Notes under the pieces: model-generated
What the model was told of the DNA's origin: nothing
Database searches by the model: none
Seen by the model: the letters and a program-made list of their open reading frames with translations, nothing else
Translations under genes and position numbers: made by a program
Origin: Adineta vaga
Taxonomy: Eukaryota; Animalia; Rotifera
NCBI GenBank assembly: GCA_021613535.1
Contig: CP075493.1
Span: 17,980,001 to 18,044,000, forward strand
Length of the DNA stretch: 64,000 nt
Reading direction: 5' to 3'
Shown: piece by piece, positions 15,601-30,600 of the stretch
Position numbering within the stretch: the first letter of the stretch is position 1
Layout of the letters: every line of letters begins with the position of its first letter

Positions 15601-18600
15601 AGGATATCGAGCACCAAGGATGAAAAGCCACATCTATATAGGTGATAGCAACAAGTATCTTAATATACACATTTCAGTGTAAGATGTGTTGATCATAAGT
15701 CATATGATTGTTTTGTTTCCTTGCTATCCTCAACTAAATACTTCATTGTTCCACACGCGCATTTTCCTGGATCTTTGTCTTTGTTTTCTTTCTTTCTCAT
15801 TTCTATGTACACCAGTACAAACACACCTGTTCACCTCCAATCGACAATCCCTCTTCCACTTGAGCGACTAGTCTAAGACATGACATCGAACCGACAGAAC
15901 ATACAACATTAGAATAAAAACTTCCATCACGGAAGTTCCATGTGGCAGCTTCCTACCAACCAATCATACAATGAAAACACAAGCGAAATTCAGTTAGATA
16001 CCGTCTGATTCGACACATCAGCATGAAAATATTGTGAAGTAAACTGAGAAGCAAGTAGAATTGAACGAGATCACAGTGGGTTTCATTCTTGAAAATCAGA
16101 ATCGTCGGCAACACAAATGCCAAGGAATAATTTATCGGGAACAAATTTATTGACCGGTTAAACAGATGAAATGATCAGTAATAAAATGGATAAATGATCA
16201 GTTCGAAGTTTGAATGATCGGTGCTTAGAATAGCAGTAAATAATATGAAAATGATCAGTCTATAATATGAACCATCCGTAAAGACATCATATTTATAACA
16301 GTAAAAAGTAGCAATTTGACAAGTAAAAAATCCAAATTTGATTAGTAAATAATGCATGTTGTACCAACAGAAAAAAAAGATCGATCTGTAAGACACACCC
16401 GAGCACGAGACGAAGAATCTAATTGAAGCCGTCTAAAATTCGAATCACTGCAGCATCAAAGCTGGTTTAGCTTTTGCTGGCCGGCCACTCTTTCGTTTTT
16501 CACCGATCGGCACTGTCTTGGCTGGTGATGGTGGTTTGCAGTACTTCAAGCGAATAGCCATCCCAACAACGTGCTTGCAAACATAGTTTTTCAAAAAGGC
16601 CGGGCAGTTGCATTTTGATTTCTTCCAGTCTGTATCATTCGGCATTTCTAAACACCATATATCATAGGATTTCTTGAACTGATTAAAGGTAGTCCATTTT
16701 CTATTGATATATTTATTTACATCAGTTTGTGTAATAATCTTGTATATCACGAGCTGGTATATAATGTTTTTGAACCATCATTCGGATAGAAGATTACATC
16801 TGTTGATGACTTGTCCATTGATATGAAGAAGTCCATAGCTTTAAACTTATCGTCGCTTCTATGACAAAAACTTTTGCATTTATTGAAGTGGAATCACGTT
16901 CTATTGACCAGTTGTGAACAATCCTTGAAGCTATTGCTAAAAATCTCGATAAGACATAACGTTCTTGGAAAGTCCCTTCATCTTTTATTGTCTTGTTGGC
17001 TGTCTCCAGGATTTTGTTCGTAATCGGTGTATATAACTGGATACCTTCGTACCAACCGTTATTGGATTCAATCCATTCTTTGTCGAAATACGACAGATTT
17101 TCTTGTTTCTGGTACGTCCTCCTCTACTAAATCACTTTCGTATGAAGCACCTCGTGCAGCTTCCATCGGTTTTACTTGTTAGCACCGAGATGGACGTGAA
17201 AGAAAGGATAGAAATAACGAATATGATGGCTGGATTTATAGTTGAATCTCGCGATTACAGAGAAATAAAAAAAAGTAGCCATCAGTCACTGTACGACTTA
17301 TTGCAATTTCTACAGTGATCCTTGCATATAATCTCCTAATAATGTATTTTATTTACTGATTATCAAATTAATTAACTATACAATCTCTTGAACTACTGTT
17401 CCTTTATATTGTTTACTGACAGTTCAACTTCTTTACTGATCATTCATCCAATTAACTGATTTTGAAATATTTCATCTCACTGATCATACCATATTTTCTA
17501 CTGATAAACTAAATCCATGCCTAATTTAACGGGATCGAGCCGCAACAAGTTTGCTTCGATTGAAACATGAATAAGGTTCAGACAAAAAAGAATCATGGTC
17601 CCGTCAGATCTGAATCCATCGATATCATAAACCCATACCATTGTAGTATCCACTTAACTGTATTTAACTATACGATGAATGTTGGATCAAAGGCGACAGA
17701 CAATCATTTTTGCAGTGCGATCGACCATGATCATGCTTCTTCTTCTTCTTCTTCTTCTCATTTGTTCTTTTTCATCGTCGCCATCGTCGTCGTAGCACCA
17801 GCATCCTTTGCTCAAGCTCGTATCTGGCTCGATGAACGACTTCGATTCGATCCAGACCATCCACAAGTGGCTATCTACAATATGCCTTTCGTCTATCGTC
17901 TTTCTCCACACGACACTCTCTCGATTCAACAACTTCATCATGCTCTACAACTTGTTGTCAACAAACATCCATCACTTCATACAGCACTCGTCTTTGATTC
18001 TGACAAACATCAACTCATTCAAAGAATTCTTTCTCACAAAGATAACAACAACGACAACAGAACTCTCTTCTCCTTTACTCAAAGTACTTATGAAACAGAT
18101 GAAGAACTCCATGATATCTTACATGATGAACGAAGAAACACGCAACATTTCGATCTCGATCATGGTCTTGTCTTTCGATGTCATCTCGTACATTACAAAG
18201 AGATTATCCCATCGAATGATCTTCTTTCTCATCAACATCTTCTCATCTTTAGTTTTCATCATGCTTTGTTTGATTTTCTATCGATGAACATCTTTCTTCA
18301 TGATCTCAATCAAGCATATACCACAAGTCAATTATCCACTGATGATGACTATACTACTCTTCGTTATTTCGATTGTATGTTATCCTAGCTTCTCATGTGT
18401 ACTTTTCTTCTCTACCACATTTTCTTCTCTATTATATTCAGATGCTGCCATCGAACAACAACTGTCAATGACTGGTGCACAGATGTTCTGGCAGGATACA
18501 CTTCATGGTTGTCAACTCGATCAACCTCTTTCCTTACCCTATGATCGACATCGTCTTTCGAATGAACATCGAACTGGTCGTGGAACATCGATTTCCTTCG

Positions 18601-21600
18601 ATCTTGGTCAACATCTGTCACATGACCTTGTCACTTATGCATCATCAAATCATATCGAACTAGAACATCTAGCTCTTGCAACCTACTATCTCTTCTTATT
18701 CAAACTGACCAATGGAGAACAAGATCTATGTATTGGAATGAATACACATGGTCGATATCGAAATGAACTTCACTCAATCATTGGCATGTTTGTCAATGCT
18801 ATACCAGTACGATGTCAACTAGATTCTTGTTGGTCTTTTGCTCAACTACTTGAACATATTCGATCGATGATAGTCAACTGTAGAAAATATTCATATTATC
18901 CACTTCAACGTATTCTCTCTCAATATCCTCATCTCTCACATCCTGCATTTCTCGATACATCATTCGAATTTATCTCATCATCATCATTATCGATGGGAAA
19001 AGATGATCGAAATGAGATTATGATTGGTGATAGTCGACTTTCTCTCCTATCTTTCGTTACGAATATCAATGAAGATGAAGTGATGAACAAGTTTGATTTC
19101 ATTCTCAGGATTGATCATCATCTGATGACAAATGAACTGTCATGCACCCTTTCTGCATCCAACGATTTGTTCAATGTAGAAACTATCTTCCAGATGGCAC
19201 AAAGATTTCACACAGTAGTCCAACAACTATTCATATCTGTTGATACAAGCATGAGGAAACTACTTTCTGAACAATCATTGATGTTGAACAATGAAAGATT
19301 ACTCATACAATCAATCAATCATACACAAACATCTTTTCCTCCCGTGAAGTGTATTCATCATGAGTTTGTATGTCAAGTGATAAGACATCCACAGAAACTA
19401 GCTGTTGAACTCGATGATCAATCGTTGACATATGCTGAACTGTTGCACTATGTGCAACTATTATCGACACGTCTTCTAAGTGATTATAACATCCTTCCAG
19501 GTGAAGTGATTTGTCAATGTGTGGAGAGAAGCATATCAATGGTAAGTAGTTGATCAAAGACATGTGAATGTGAAGTAGAGATTGTTGTTGTTGTTGTTGT
19601 GGATGCATAGGTGATTGGAATGATGGCCATCGAAATGGTAGGTGGTGTTTATTGTCCATTATCACCTCGAGATCCTCAACATAGACTTCATGCACTCCTA
19701 CAACAAACACAAGCTCGTCTAGTTCTTGTTCATTGGTTAACAGCAGACAAGTTTCACGATGCAATGGCTTCACTTGATATTAATATCATCTCCTTTGCGA
19801 ATAATATGCGTCAGGCTGTTGATGTTCATCGTTGGGATGATGTCATAGTTACTCCCAGTCATGTGGCCTATATCATTTTCACTAGTGGTTCAACGGGAAC
19901 GCCTAAAGCAGTATGTCACCGGATCCGATCATTAAATCAATTCTCTCATTATAATCGTTTTTTGTTAGATTCTAGTAACACATTCGAATCTGATGACCTT
20001 TACTCAATCGTTGGTTCAAATTCAGATTCTTCATCGTAATGATAATGTTGTACAGCTCGCTTCTTCGTCATTTGATGCCCATATACTGGAAATTCTTTGT
20101 TCTCTGGTTTGCGGAGCAGCAGTGATTATGCTGCATCCAGATGGGAATATGAATTTTGGCTATTTTACTGAGACACTGCGAGACAAGGAAGTCACACATT
20201 TGACAGCTGTTCCAACGTTTCTCGACCATTTGTGTAAATTTATCCAGCAGAATATGTCTAGATTGTTTACATTAATAAGAAATGTTTGTTGTGTTGGTGA
20301 GTAACCGGAGAGTATGTGAAACAATTTGAGATCACATCCGTCTTGTATATAGGAGAGACCCTCTCGCCGATCTTAGTTCTGACTTTGATGCATCACATCA
20401 TGGAACCTTGTTGTATTTGGAACTTATATGGTCCAGCAGAGGCTACACTAGGAAGCACATATTATCTGTTTGATCCGACTTATAATACAGCTAACGTATC
20501 TATTGGTAAACCCTTTCCTGGTTACATATGTTTACTGGTGGATCATTTCTTACAACCTGTTGCAGTCTATCAAGAAGGTGAATTGTATGTAGGAGGAGTA
20601 GGTATCTTTGCCGGATATCTTGGACGCGATGATCTCACAGCCAAAGCACTAATTGATATTGATGGTGAAGTCTTCTATCGAACAGGTGATCTCGTTCGAA
20701 TGGATGACAGTGGATTGATTCATTACATTGGTCGACAAGATCATCAAGTCAAACTTCGAGGACAACGCATTGAACTTGGTGAAATCGAACGATGCCTGCT
20801 CAGCATCTCTACCATCTCTGCTTGTGTTGTCATCAAATGGAATGATGATCATCTCGTGGCTTATGTTCAATGTTCTCATAGTATACATGAACAGCAACTG
20901 AGAGAACATTGTCAATCTCATCTTCCACCACATATGATTCCATCGTTCTTCGTCATCCTCGAACAACTACCTCTGAGTGTCAATGGAAAGATCGATCGAA
21001 AACGTCTTCTTCTACTTGACTGCTCGTCATCGACTGCGTCAAGATGGGAGGAACTGTGTACACCTCAGAATCAGTTAGAATTATCTGTGCGAGATATTTG
21101 GTGTGAAGTTCTCCATCGCGATGAAAAGTTCGTAGCCACAACTATAAACTTCTTCACTCTAGGTGGCCATTCACTCCTCTTCATCGAACTGTATCATCGA
21201 TATCAGTCATTGTTTGATTTTGACGCTAGTTCACTGTCCATTTCTCTTCTTCTTCAACAGCCTACTGTTCGGGAACATGCACAACTACTCCATAACGCAC
21301 TTTCATCGAACAACATCAGGACAACACAATGGTATACGTTGCACATTCATCAAGGTAGGTCTTTTCGTTTAGGAAATTGCCATTTGAACTCCATTAATTT
21401 CGTGATTTCTTTTGTAAGGTATTGCTTCTTTTGCTCAAGAGCGTATCTTTCTCGATGAACAAGTTCGCTTCTCGCATGAAATTGCCATCTATAATGAACT
21501 AGTTGTTTTACGAGTTGTTCGAGGATCATTATCATTGCGTCGCTTGTTACAAGCTCTTCGATTTGTTCTCACTAAACATAAAATATTACGAACGTCTCTT

Positions 21601-24600
21601 TTTCTTAACAAAAATGATGGTACTTTGCAACAGTGTATCACAGATCAACATATTACATTCAACATGAATGCAGAACAAGCATTCTCAAATGCGAATGAAC
21701 TAGAAGAAATTATCTACAAGACAACGACGAATCCTCATCTGTTTGATTTATCTACTGGTCGTGTGTTCTACTGTCAAGTTCTCAGACATCACACATCATC
21801 GAGCATCATCAATGACAAACAATCTATAATGACTTCTGATATTCTCCTACTTGCTTTTCATCATGCAGCCTTTGATCGATCATCGGATTCAATTATTTTC
21901 AATGATCTATCTGCAGCTTATAACAATAGTGATGTTACATGTTCGAAAAATGAAGAGCCATTTGAATACATTGATTATAGTATCCATGAACGTGTGATCG
22001 ATATGACAATATCGAAAGAGTTTTGGCAGTCAGAACTAAGAGAATACAATGCCAAACATCATTTGTGGTTGCCGATCGATCGATCTCGTGCGTTTAGTTA
22101 CCAACGATCTGGCTTAGCTTCTGACGCAGTGATCTCTTTCGAACACGAGATCTCACAATCATTCCTTGATTATGCTTCTACACATCATCTTACACCATTT
22201 CAACTAAGTCTAGCTACATTTTATGCATTTCTTTTCAAGTTAAATCATCATCGTCACAGTGATTTATGTATCTCTTGTCTCAATGCCAATCGATATAGAA
22301 CAGAACTACAACACATCTGTGGAATGTTTGTATCCACATTACCTTATCGTGTTCAACTTGATAGTCATTGGTCATTTGATGAACTTGCGAGATTTGTCAG
22401 AGAGAAATGTTTCTCAATTCTAGAACATGCTTATTATCCACTACAGCATATTCTTGCTGATCATCATGTTAATCAATCGGATGCGACTTTTTTGCAAGTC
22501 ATGTTTGATTTTATTACTCGATCTTCGAATGTGGATCGACCTACCCTCGATGGTGTCCGTATGGAACAAATGTCATTCCAACAATCTTTTGAAGCAGCCA
22601 AGTTTGATTTTATGTTGACATTTGTTTATAATCCAGCAGTGAAGGAGAACGGATTATCGTTTCATCTGACATGTTCACGTGATTTGTTTGATGAAACAAC
22701 AGCGATGACTATAGCTCACCGTTTCGAATATGTATATCAACAACTGTTTTCATCCAAGTTGTCTGTTGATCATATCGATGAATGTGTCATATATTTATCA
22801 GAACTAGATCTGATTCTACCAGAGGAAGCTCGAGAGATGGAAAATAGTGTGTTTTGTCGACAAACAAGTTTTCTCAATGAAGGTATGTCTGCATTAATGT
22901 AGAAGTGTCTATCACTCGTTGATCAGATGCCAGTTAATAAAAGCGAGCGAGTCGTTGGTCGCCTGAGACACGGATTCGAGTCAGAGTTTACATATAAGTG
23001 TGACAGTACACCGAGCTTCCTTTTCTAGATTTCAAGACCTTTGCTCGAAGAGAATGAGAAGAAGGTACATACCTATAAACTCAGGAAAACAGAAAGAAAA
23101 AGATAATATATACCCACATACATGTTAGCATCTAAGCGGATATTACGGTCAAGCATATAAATAGTATCGAACATCTAGTAGCGTCCTTAAAAATGTCTTT
23201 TTGTGTGATTTGAAAAATTCGTACGCGAACACCATTGTGGTGGAAATGTAGAGATACACAGCTCGAACTTTCCGACTTCCGGATCCTATCATTTTTGACC
23301 TGGGTATAAGAAATGAAGCACACACAAATAGATTATTGTTCGATTTATTTGAGAGTTCTTGTTTTGATTGATTTTTACAACTGAAAAGTTCCTTCTGACG
23401 CTAGAAATAAAACCAAGTTGAAAAACACGGCTCAGTCATTTTTCAGCTACAAAGAACGGGTGGACTACAATAAACGAATCTCAGTATTTTATACTTTTCT
23501 TGCTCATGTTTCAATGAATTATGGGAGTTCTTTGCTTTCAAGGTTTGTCATCAAAAAGCTCTACAAAAGTATATATTCTCATTAATTCAGATAGCTTGTA
23601 TTACTCTCGGACATGTAATATAATTAGTGTGCACAAGATGTGCCACTTTCAGAGATAGTATCTTTTTGGGCACTGTTGAGTGCATGCCAAATCTGGTAGT
23701 TTGTCTGCACCATCGTGTGAGCAAACATTCCTTCGATGTCCGAACAGCATTTGGACTTCTCGCAATTACAGGAATACCAAACAACTTCTGCTCGCACGAT
23801 GGTGCAGTCAAACCACCAGATTTAGCATGCACTCAACAGTGCCCAAAAAGATACTATCTCTGAAAGTGGCACATCTTGTGCACACTAATTATATTACATG
23901 TCCGAGAATAATACAAGCTATCTGAATTAATGAGAATATATACTTTTGTAGAGCTTTTTGATGACAAACCTTGAAAACAAAGAACTGCCATAATTCATTG
24001 AAACATGAGCAAGAAAGGTACAAAACACCGAGAGTTAATTCATCGTGACCCATCCGCCATACAGTCATTCGTGAACGCTTTTTATTGTTTGCATAAATCA
24101 AGTTATAACTTTTGTTTGTCTTTTCGCGCACAACAATTCATGTTGCATTATAATCAAGAATAAAATACAATCAAGTATCCCTAATCGTATTTCAGCTCTC
24201 TTTCTTTCATTCGTAGTGATGCATGTATCACTCTGATCAAGACATGCAGACGTACGAAACTCTGGTGCAGAGCATATCTAGACATCTACACTGTAAAAGA
24301 TAACGGTTTAAGAATTTGCAACGTATAATAAATCGTTTTTCCTGTTTTTCAAGTGTCTCGTAAACGAAAGAAGGGTTTGCACCTTTGTCAAATACGGTAA
24401 AAAAAAGGTTCTTTATACGTTGCAGATTCACAAGCTTTTTTCGTTGATTAAGCATTCAATAACAGTTTTCCCGTCGGTTAATCTGCACTTTTTTAACAGG
24501 GTAGCACAAATTTCGAAAAAATCAGTCTTTTCGAAGCCTAAAACATCTTAGAAAAATAAACTTTAAGTGTACAGCTCAGCATTTCAATGACACTCTCCAT

Positions 24601-27600
24601 ATGCTTAGCTCGTCCTTATCGAACCCCTCCCTAGATCTTTGTCTTCGCTTTCTTTCTTTCTCATCTCTGTGTCTTTACACAAACATACTTTTTCATCTCT
24701 AACGAACATTCTCTCTCTCTCACTTGTGCACCTAATCTATGATCTGGCATCGAACCGACACAACGTACAGTATTAGAATACAAACTTCCATGTCGGCTTT
24801 CCACCAAAAAAAGAAAAAAACAAGTGAAGTTCAGCTAGATGCCGTCTAATTCCACTACACACACGTTTGAAGATAATCTTTAGTAAACTTGAAAATAAGC
24901 AGAGTTCGATGCCATCAGAATGGGTTTTATTCTTCAAAATCGGGATCGTCGCGAACACCAACCTGATGAAGAATTTACCGGGATCGAATCTCCATGGAAC
25001 AGATTCGCTTCGACTAAAACATGAATAAGGTTCAGACAAAAAAGAATCATGGTCCCGTCAGATCTGAATCCATCGATATCATAAACCCATACCATTGTAG
25101 TATCCACTTAACTGTATTTAACTATACGATGAATGTTGGATCAAAGGCGACAGACAATCATTTTTGCAGTGCGATCGACCATGATCATGCTTCTTCTTCT
25201 TCTTCTTCTTCTCATTTGTTCTTTTTCATCGTCGCCATCGTCGTCGTAGCACCAGCATCCTTTGCTCAAGCTCGTATCTGGCTCGATGAACGACTTCGAT
25301 TCGATCCAGACCATCCACAAGTGGCTATCTACAATATGCCTTTCGTCTATCGTCTTTCTCCACACGACACTCTCTCGATTCAACAACTTCATCATGCTCT
25401 ACAACTTGTTGTCAACAAACATCCATCACTTCATACAGCACTCGTCTTTGATTCTGACAAACATCAACTCATTCAAAGAATTCTTTCTCACAAAGATAAC
25501 AACAACGACAACAGAACTCTCTTCTCCTTTACTCAAAGTACTTATGAAACAGATGAAGAACTCCATGATATCTTACATGATGAACGAAGAAACACGCAAC
25601 ATTTCGATCTCGATCATGGTCTTGTCTTTCGATGTCATCTCGTACATTACAAAGAGATTATCCCATCGAATGATCTTCTTTCTCATCAACATCTTCTCAT
25701 CTTTAGTTTTCATCATGCTTTGTTTGATTTTCTATCGATGAACATCTTTCTTCATGATCTCAATCAAGCATATACCACAAGTCAATTATCCACTGATGAT
25801 GACTATACTACTCTTCGTTATTTCGATTGTATGTTATCCTAGCTTCTCATGTGTACTTTTCTTCTCTACCACATTTTCTTCTCTATTATATTCAGATGCT
25901 GCCATCGAACAACAACTGTCAATGACTGGTGCACAGATGTTCTGGCAGGATACACTTCATGGTTGTCAACTCGATCAACCTCTTTCCTTACCCTATGATC
26001 GACATCGTCTTTCGAATGAACATCGAACTGGTCGTGGAACATCGATTTCCTTCGATCTTGGTCAACATCTGTCACATGACCTTGTCACTTATGCATCATC
26101 AAATCATATCGAACTAGAACATCTAGCTCTTGCAACCTACTATCTCTTCTTATTCAAACTGACCAATGGAGAACAAGATCTATGTATTGGAATGAATACA
26201 CATGGTCGATATCGAAATGAACTTCACTCAATCATTGGCATGTTTGTCAATGCTATACCAGTACGATGTCAACTAGATTCTTGTTGGTCTTTTGCTCAAC
26301 TACTTGAACATATTCGATCGATGATAGTCAACTGTAGAAAATATTCATATTATCCACTTCAACGTATTCTCTCTCAATATCCTCATCTCTCACATCCTGC
26401 ATTTCTCGATACATCATTCGAATTTATCTCATCATCATCATTATCGATGGGAAAAGATGATCGAAATGAGATTATGATTGGTGATAGTCGACTTTCTCTC
26501 CTATCTTTCGTTACGAATATCAATGAAGATGAAGTGATGAACAAGTTTGATTTCATTCTCAGGATTGATCATCATCTGATGACAAATGAACTGTCATGCA
26601 CCCTTTCTGCATCCAACGATTTGTTCAATGTAGAAACTATCTTCCAGATGGCACAAAGATTTCACACAGTAGTCCAACAACTATTCATATCTGTTGATAC
26701 AAGCATGAGGAAACTACTTTCTGAACAATCATTGATGTTGAACAATGAAAGATTACTCATACAATCAATCAATCATACACAAACATCTTTTCCTCCCGTG
26801 AAGTGTATTCATCATGAGTTTGTATGTCAAGTGATAAGACATCCACAGAAACTAGCTGTTGAACTCGATGATCAATCGTTGACATATGCTGAACTGTTGC
26901 ACTATGTGCAACTATTATCGACACGTCTTCTAAGTGATTATAACATCCTTCCAGGTGAAGTGATTTGTCAATGTGTGGAGAGAAGCATATCAATGGTAAG
27001 TAGTTGATCAAAGACATGTGAATGTGAAGTAGAGATTGTTGTTGTTGTTGTTGTGGATGCATAGGTGATTGGAATGATGGCCATCGAAATGGTAGGTGGT
27101 GTTTATTGTCCATTATCACCTCGAGATCCTCAACATAGACTTCATGCACTCCTACAACAAACACAAGCTCGTCTAGTTCTTGTTCATTGGTTGACAATAA
27201 CGAAGACTAACCATGATGATATTGTTGTTTCGTTGGATATTGATACAGTCTTCTCTGATAATGCCACGACGAATGATACTGATATTGATCAATTATCACT
27301 CATCAAAGTATCACGAGAAAATGTTGCTTATGTCGTTTTTACAAGTGGATCAACTGGAACACCTAAGGCAGTCTGTTTGGATTAATATGCACTGAATATC
27401 ATTTAGACTTTATGCTTTCTTCTAGGTTCAAGTTCGACATACAAATTACATACAGTCTATGCACTCAGTGTTTTATGTTAATATGCTTAATAGGAATGAT
27501 ATAATAATACAAATGGCGCAATGTTCTTTCGATACTCATTTACAAGACATATTTGGTTCATTGATATCTGGAGCAACGCTCGTTATGCTTCACCCTGGAG

Positions 27601-30600
27601 AAGCAATGGACTTTGATTATTTGTTTAAGGTTTTCCAGCAGAAACGAATTACATACATAGACAGCGTTCCTAGCTTTCTTCAAAGTCTTTTCACCTATGT
27701 TGAAAACTGTAGCAACCAAAAAACTTTGCAGTATTTGCGGTCAATGATTGTCGGTGGTCTGTAGCTTGCAAATCATGCTCTATGGTTTTTCTTCTATGTC
27801 TCTGATTTTAGGCGAAACATTTCCTGCCAAACTAAGCAGTTTAATTTCAAATAATTTAAACAGAACTTCACAAATATGGAGCAGCTATGGTACAGCAGAA
27901 ATAACTATCGGTTGTACGCTCTTTCTTGTTAAAGCTACATCAAAGACTGATACAGTTCCGATCGGACAGTCACTTCCTAATTATGAATGTGTGGTTCTGG
28001 ATGAACATTCGCAAACGTCTTTGACAAATCAGCCAGGTGAATTGCTTGTCGGAGGTGTAGGTGTATTTGCTGGATATCTTGGACGTGATGATCTGACTGC
28101 CAGGGCACTCATCGAAGTTAATGGTCGGTTATTCTATAGAACAGGTGATATCGTTCGAATAGATGACAGTGGATTGATTCATTACATTGGTCGACAAGAT
28201 CATCAAGTCAAACTTCGAGGACAACGCATTGAACTTGGTGAAATCGAACGATGCCTGCTCAGCATCTCTACCATCTCTGCTTGTGTTGTCATCAAATGGA
28301 ATGATGATCATCTCGTGGCTTATGTTCAATGTTCTCATAACATACACGAACAGCAACTGAGAGAACATTGTCAATCTCATCTTCCACCACATATGATTCC
28401 ATCGTTCTTCGTCATCCTCGAACAACTACCTCTGAATGTCAATGGAAAGATCGATCGAAAACGGCTTCCTTCACCCGATGTCTCGCATCTGTCTTCATCA
28501 GCACATCATACGAATGACGACAATAATGAATTCTCACAACCAACCAATGACATCGAACAGATCATTCATGACATGTGGTGTGATATTCTTCATCAAAAAC
28601 AGATCTCCATCAGCACCAGTCTTTTCACCATCGGTGGTCATTCTCTCCTAGTCATGCAACTCTTTCATCGATACAAGATCGACTTTCATCTAGAATCGAG
28701 TTCTTCCTTTTCCATCTCTACTTTTTTTCAACATCCAACCATCAAAGAACATGCTCATCTCATTCATCAGACTCGCAACATCCACACCGAAGATGTCGAT
28801 CATCATCAATGGCTCCCACTACATGTCACTCGAGGTAGTTTACATCATGTATTTGTCTTCATCATCCACTCCCTTTTCTGTTTGTGTTCTAGCAAGAGCA
28901 TCCTATGCACAGGAACGTATCTTCTTAGATGAACACATTCGTTTCTCCTCATCCACAAATACCACCCATTATCGTATTCATCATAATATCTATGTCATTC
29001 CATTATTGTATCGTCTCTCATCTTCTCATTCTCATCTTTCAATCTCAAGACTACGTTATGCACTGCATAGTCTCATCATCAGACACAACACTCTTCGAAC
29101 AGCACTCTACCTAGATGATGTCGATGGTAGTATTGTACAAGAATGCTTCGATCAATCTCGCATTAGCAATGATATGATATCATGTCGATTTATTGTTCTT
29201 GATCTTCACAACAATAACGATAAGGATTGCGAGCGACAGGAGATTGTCGAGGATATACTCAATCAAGTGGATCTCTTTGATCTATCTAAAGGACATGTCA
29301 TCAATTGTCATCTTCTTCTCGGACATCATCCTTCTCCAGAGGATGATGATTTGTTGAATGAAAACGATTGGATCTTATTTACTCTCCATCATGCAGCATT
29401 TGATGGAGCATCCACATCGATCTTTCTTCGTGATCTTGCTCTTGCTTATGATCAAGATGAGAACTTCTTGGTTGAGACTAATGCATTGCAATACATCGAC
29501 TATTCTGTACATGAACATTGCATGGATATGACATTATCTCGACAATTCTGGCATGATCAACTGCAAGGATATGATCTGCAAAGTCGACTAGCATTGCCGG
29601 TTGATCGACATCGTGCTTCAGCTGATCAGCGCTCTGGACTGGCGTCATCTATTCAAGTGACACTCGATGATGACATATGTACATCCTTTCTTCACTATGC
29701 ATCATCACATCATCTCACTCTCTTTCAACTTGGCTTAGCTACATTCTATGCATTTCTCTTTCGACTAACTCATGGTCACAGTGATCTATGTGTATCTTCG
29801 ATTAATGCTAATCGATATCGAAATGAACTTGTCAATATATGATAGGCATGTTTGTGTCAACATTACCATATCGTCTTCACATCGATGATCATCAATGGTC
29901 CTTTGGTGAACTTGTCCGACATGTGCAAGAGAAATGTGTATCTATTCTAGAACATTCTCATTATCCATTACAAGAACTCTTCTCTCACTTTCATGTCAAT
30001 CAATCGAATGTTGGATTTCTCGAAACGGTGTTTGATCTAATACATGTGTCTCCTGAACAAACACAGTTATCTTTGGGTGAAACAAACTTAGAACAAATAT
30101 CATCAGACATATCATATCGAATGGCGAAATTTGATATCATGTTCACATTGGTTTATGATCGAACATGGCATGATGAGCGATTATCATGCAGTTTTGTCTG
30201 TTCACAAGATTTGTTTGATCAGGCATCCGTTACACTTCTAAGTCAAAGACTAGTACACTTCTATCGGCAGCTGTTCTTATCTGATGGCGGTGGTGGTAGA
30301 ATGGAGAGTTGGTCATTACCTTTATGTGATCTAGTTCTCATTCTACCGGAAGAAGCTAGAGAAATAGAAGACATTGTGTTTTGTCCACAACTACATGTGA
30401 TAGATGAAGGTATGTGTGATTGTTCGATGACTTTTGTTCAAATATGCACATGGATATCGGAGAAGATGCGAACTGTCTGTAGAGAAGTGTGCGAATATGT
30501 AAGAATCAACATGATACTTGAGAATGACATCTGATAAATGCTAAGAAAACGAATTGTGAGCGTTAGAATTGATATTAGTAGTAAAGATTAATTTGTGAAT

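Larger units (their letters stand above)
1..19895 (+). repeat. Tandem duplication with about 8.15-kb period (exons plus introns), about 2.4 periods; further copies at about 25020-27190, 28330-30550 and 34630-42890
   Basis: Sequence at 1 recurs at 8143, 16292 and 38182; C1 exon starts at 1498, 9647 and 17796. Confidence 0.92.

Noticed and set aside
1-19895. Array as a pure assembly duplication
   Set aside because: Each unit has distinct, in-frame A-pocket or flanking sequence and distinct short introns. The exact copy number still needs long-read confirmation.
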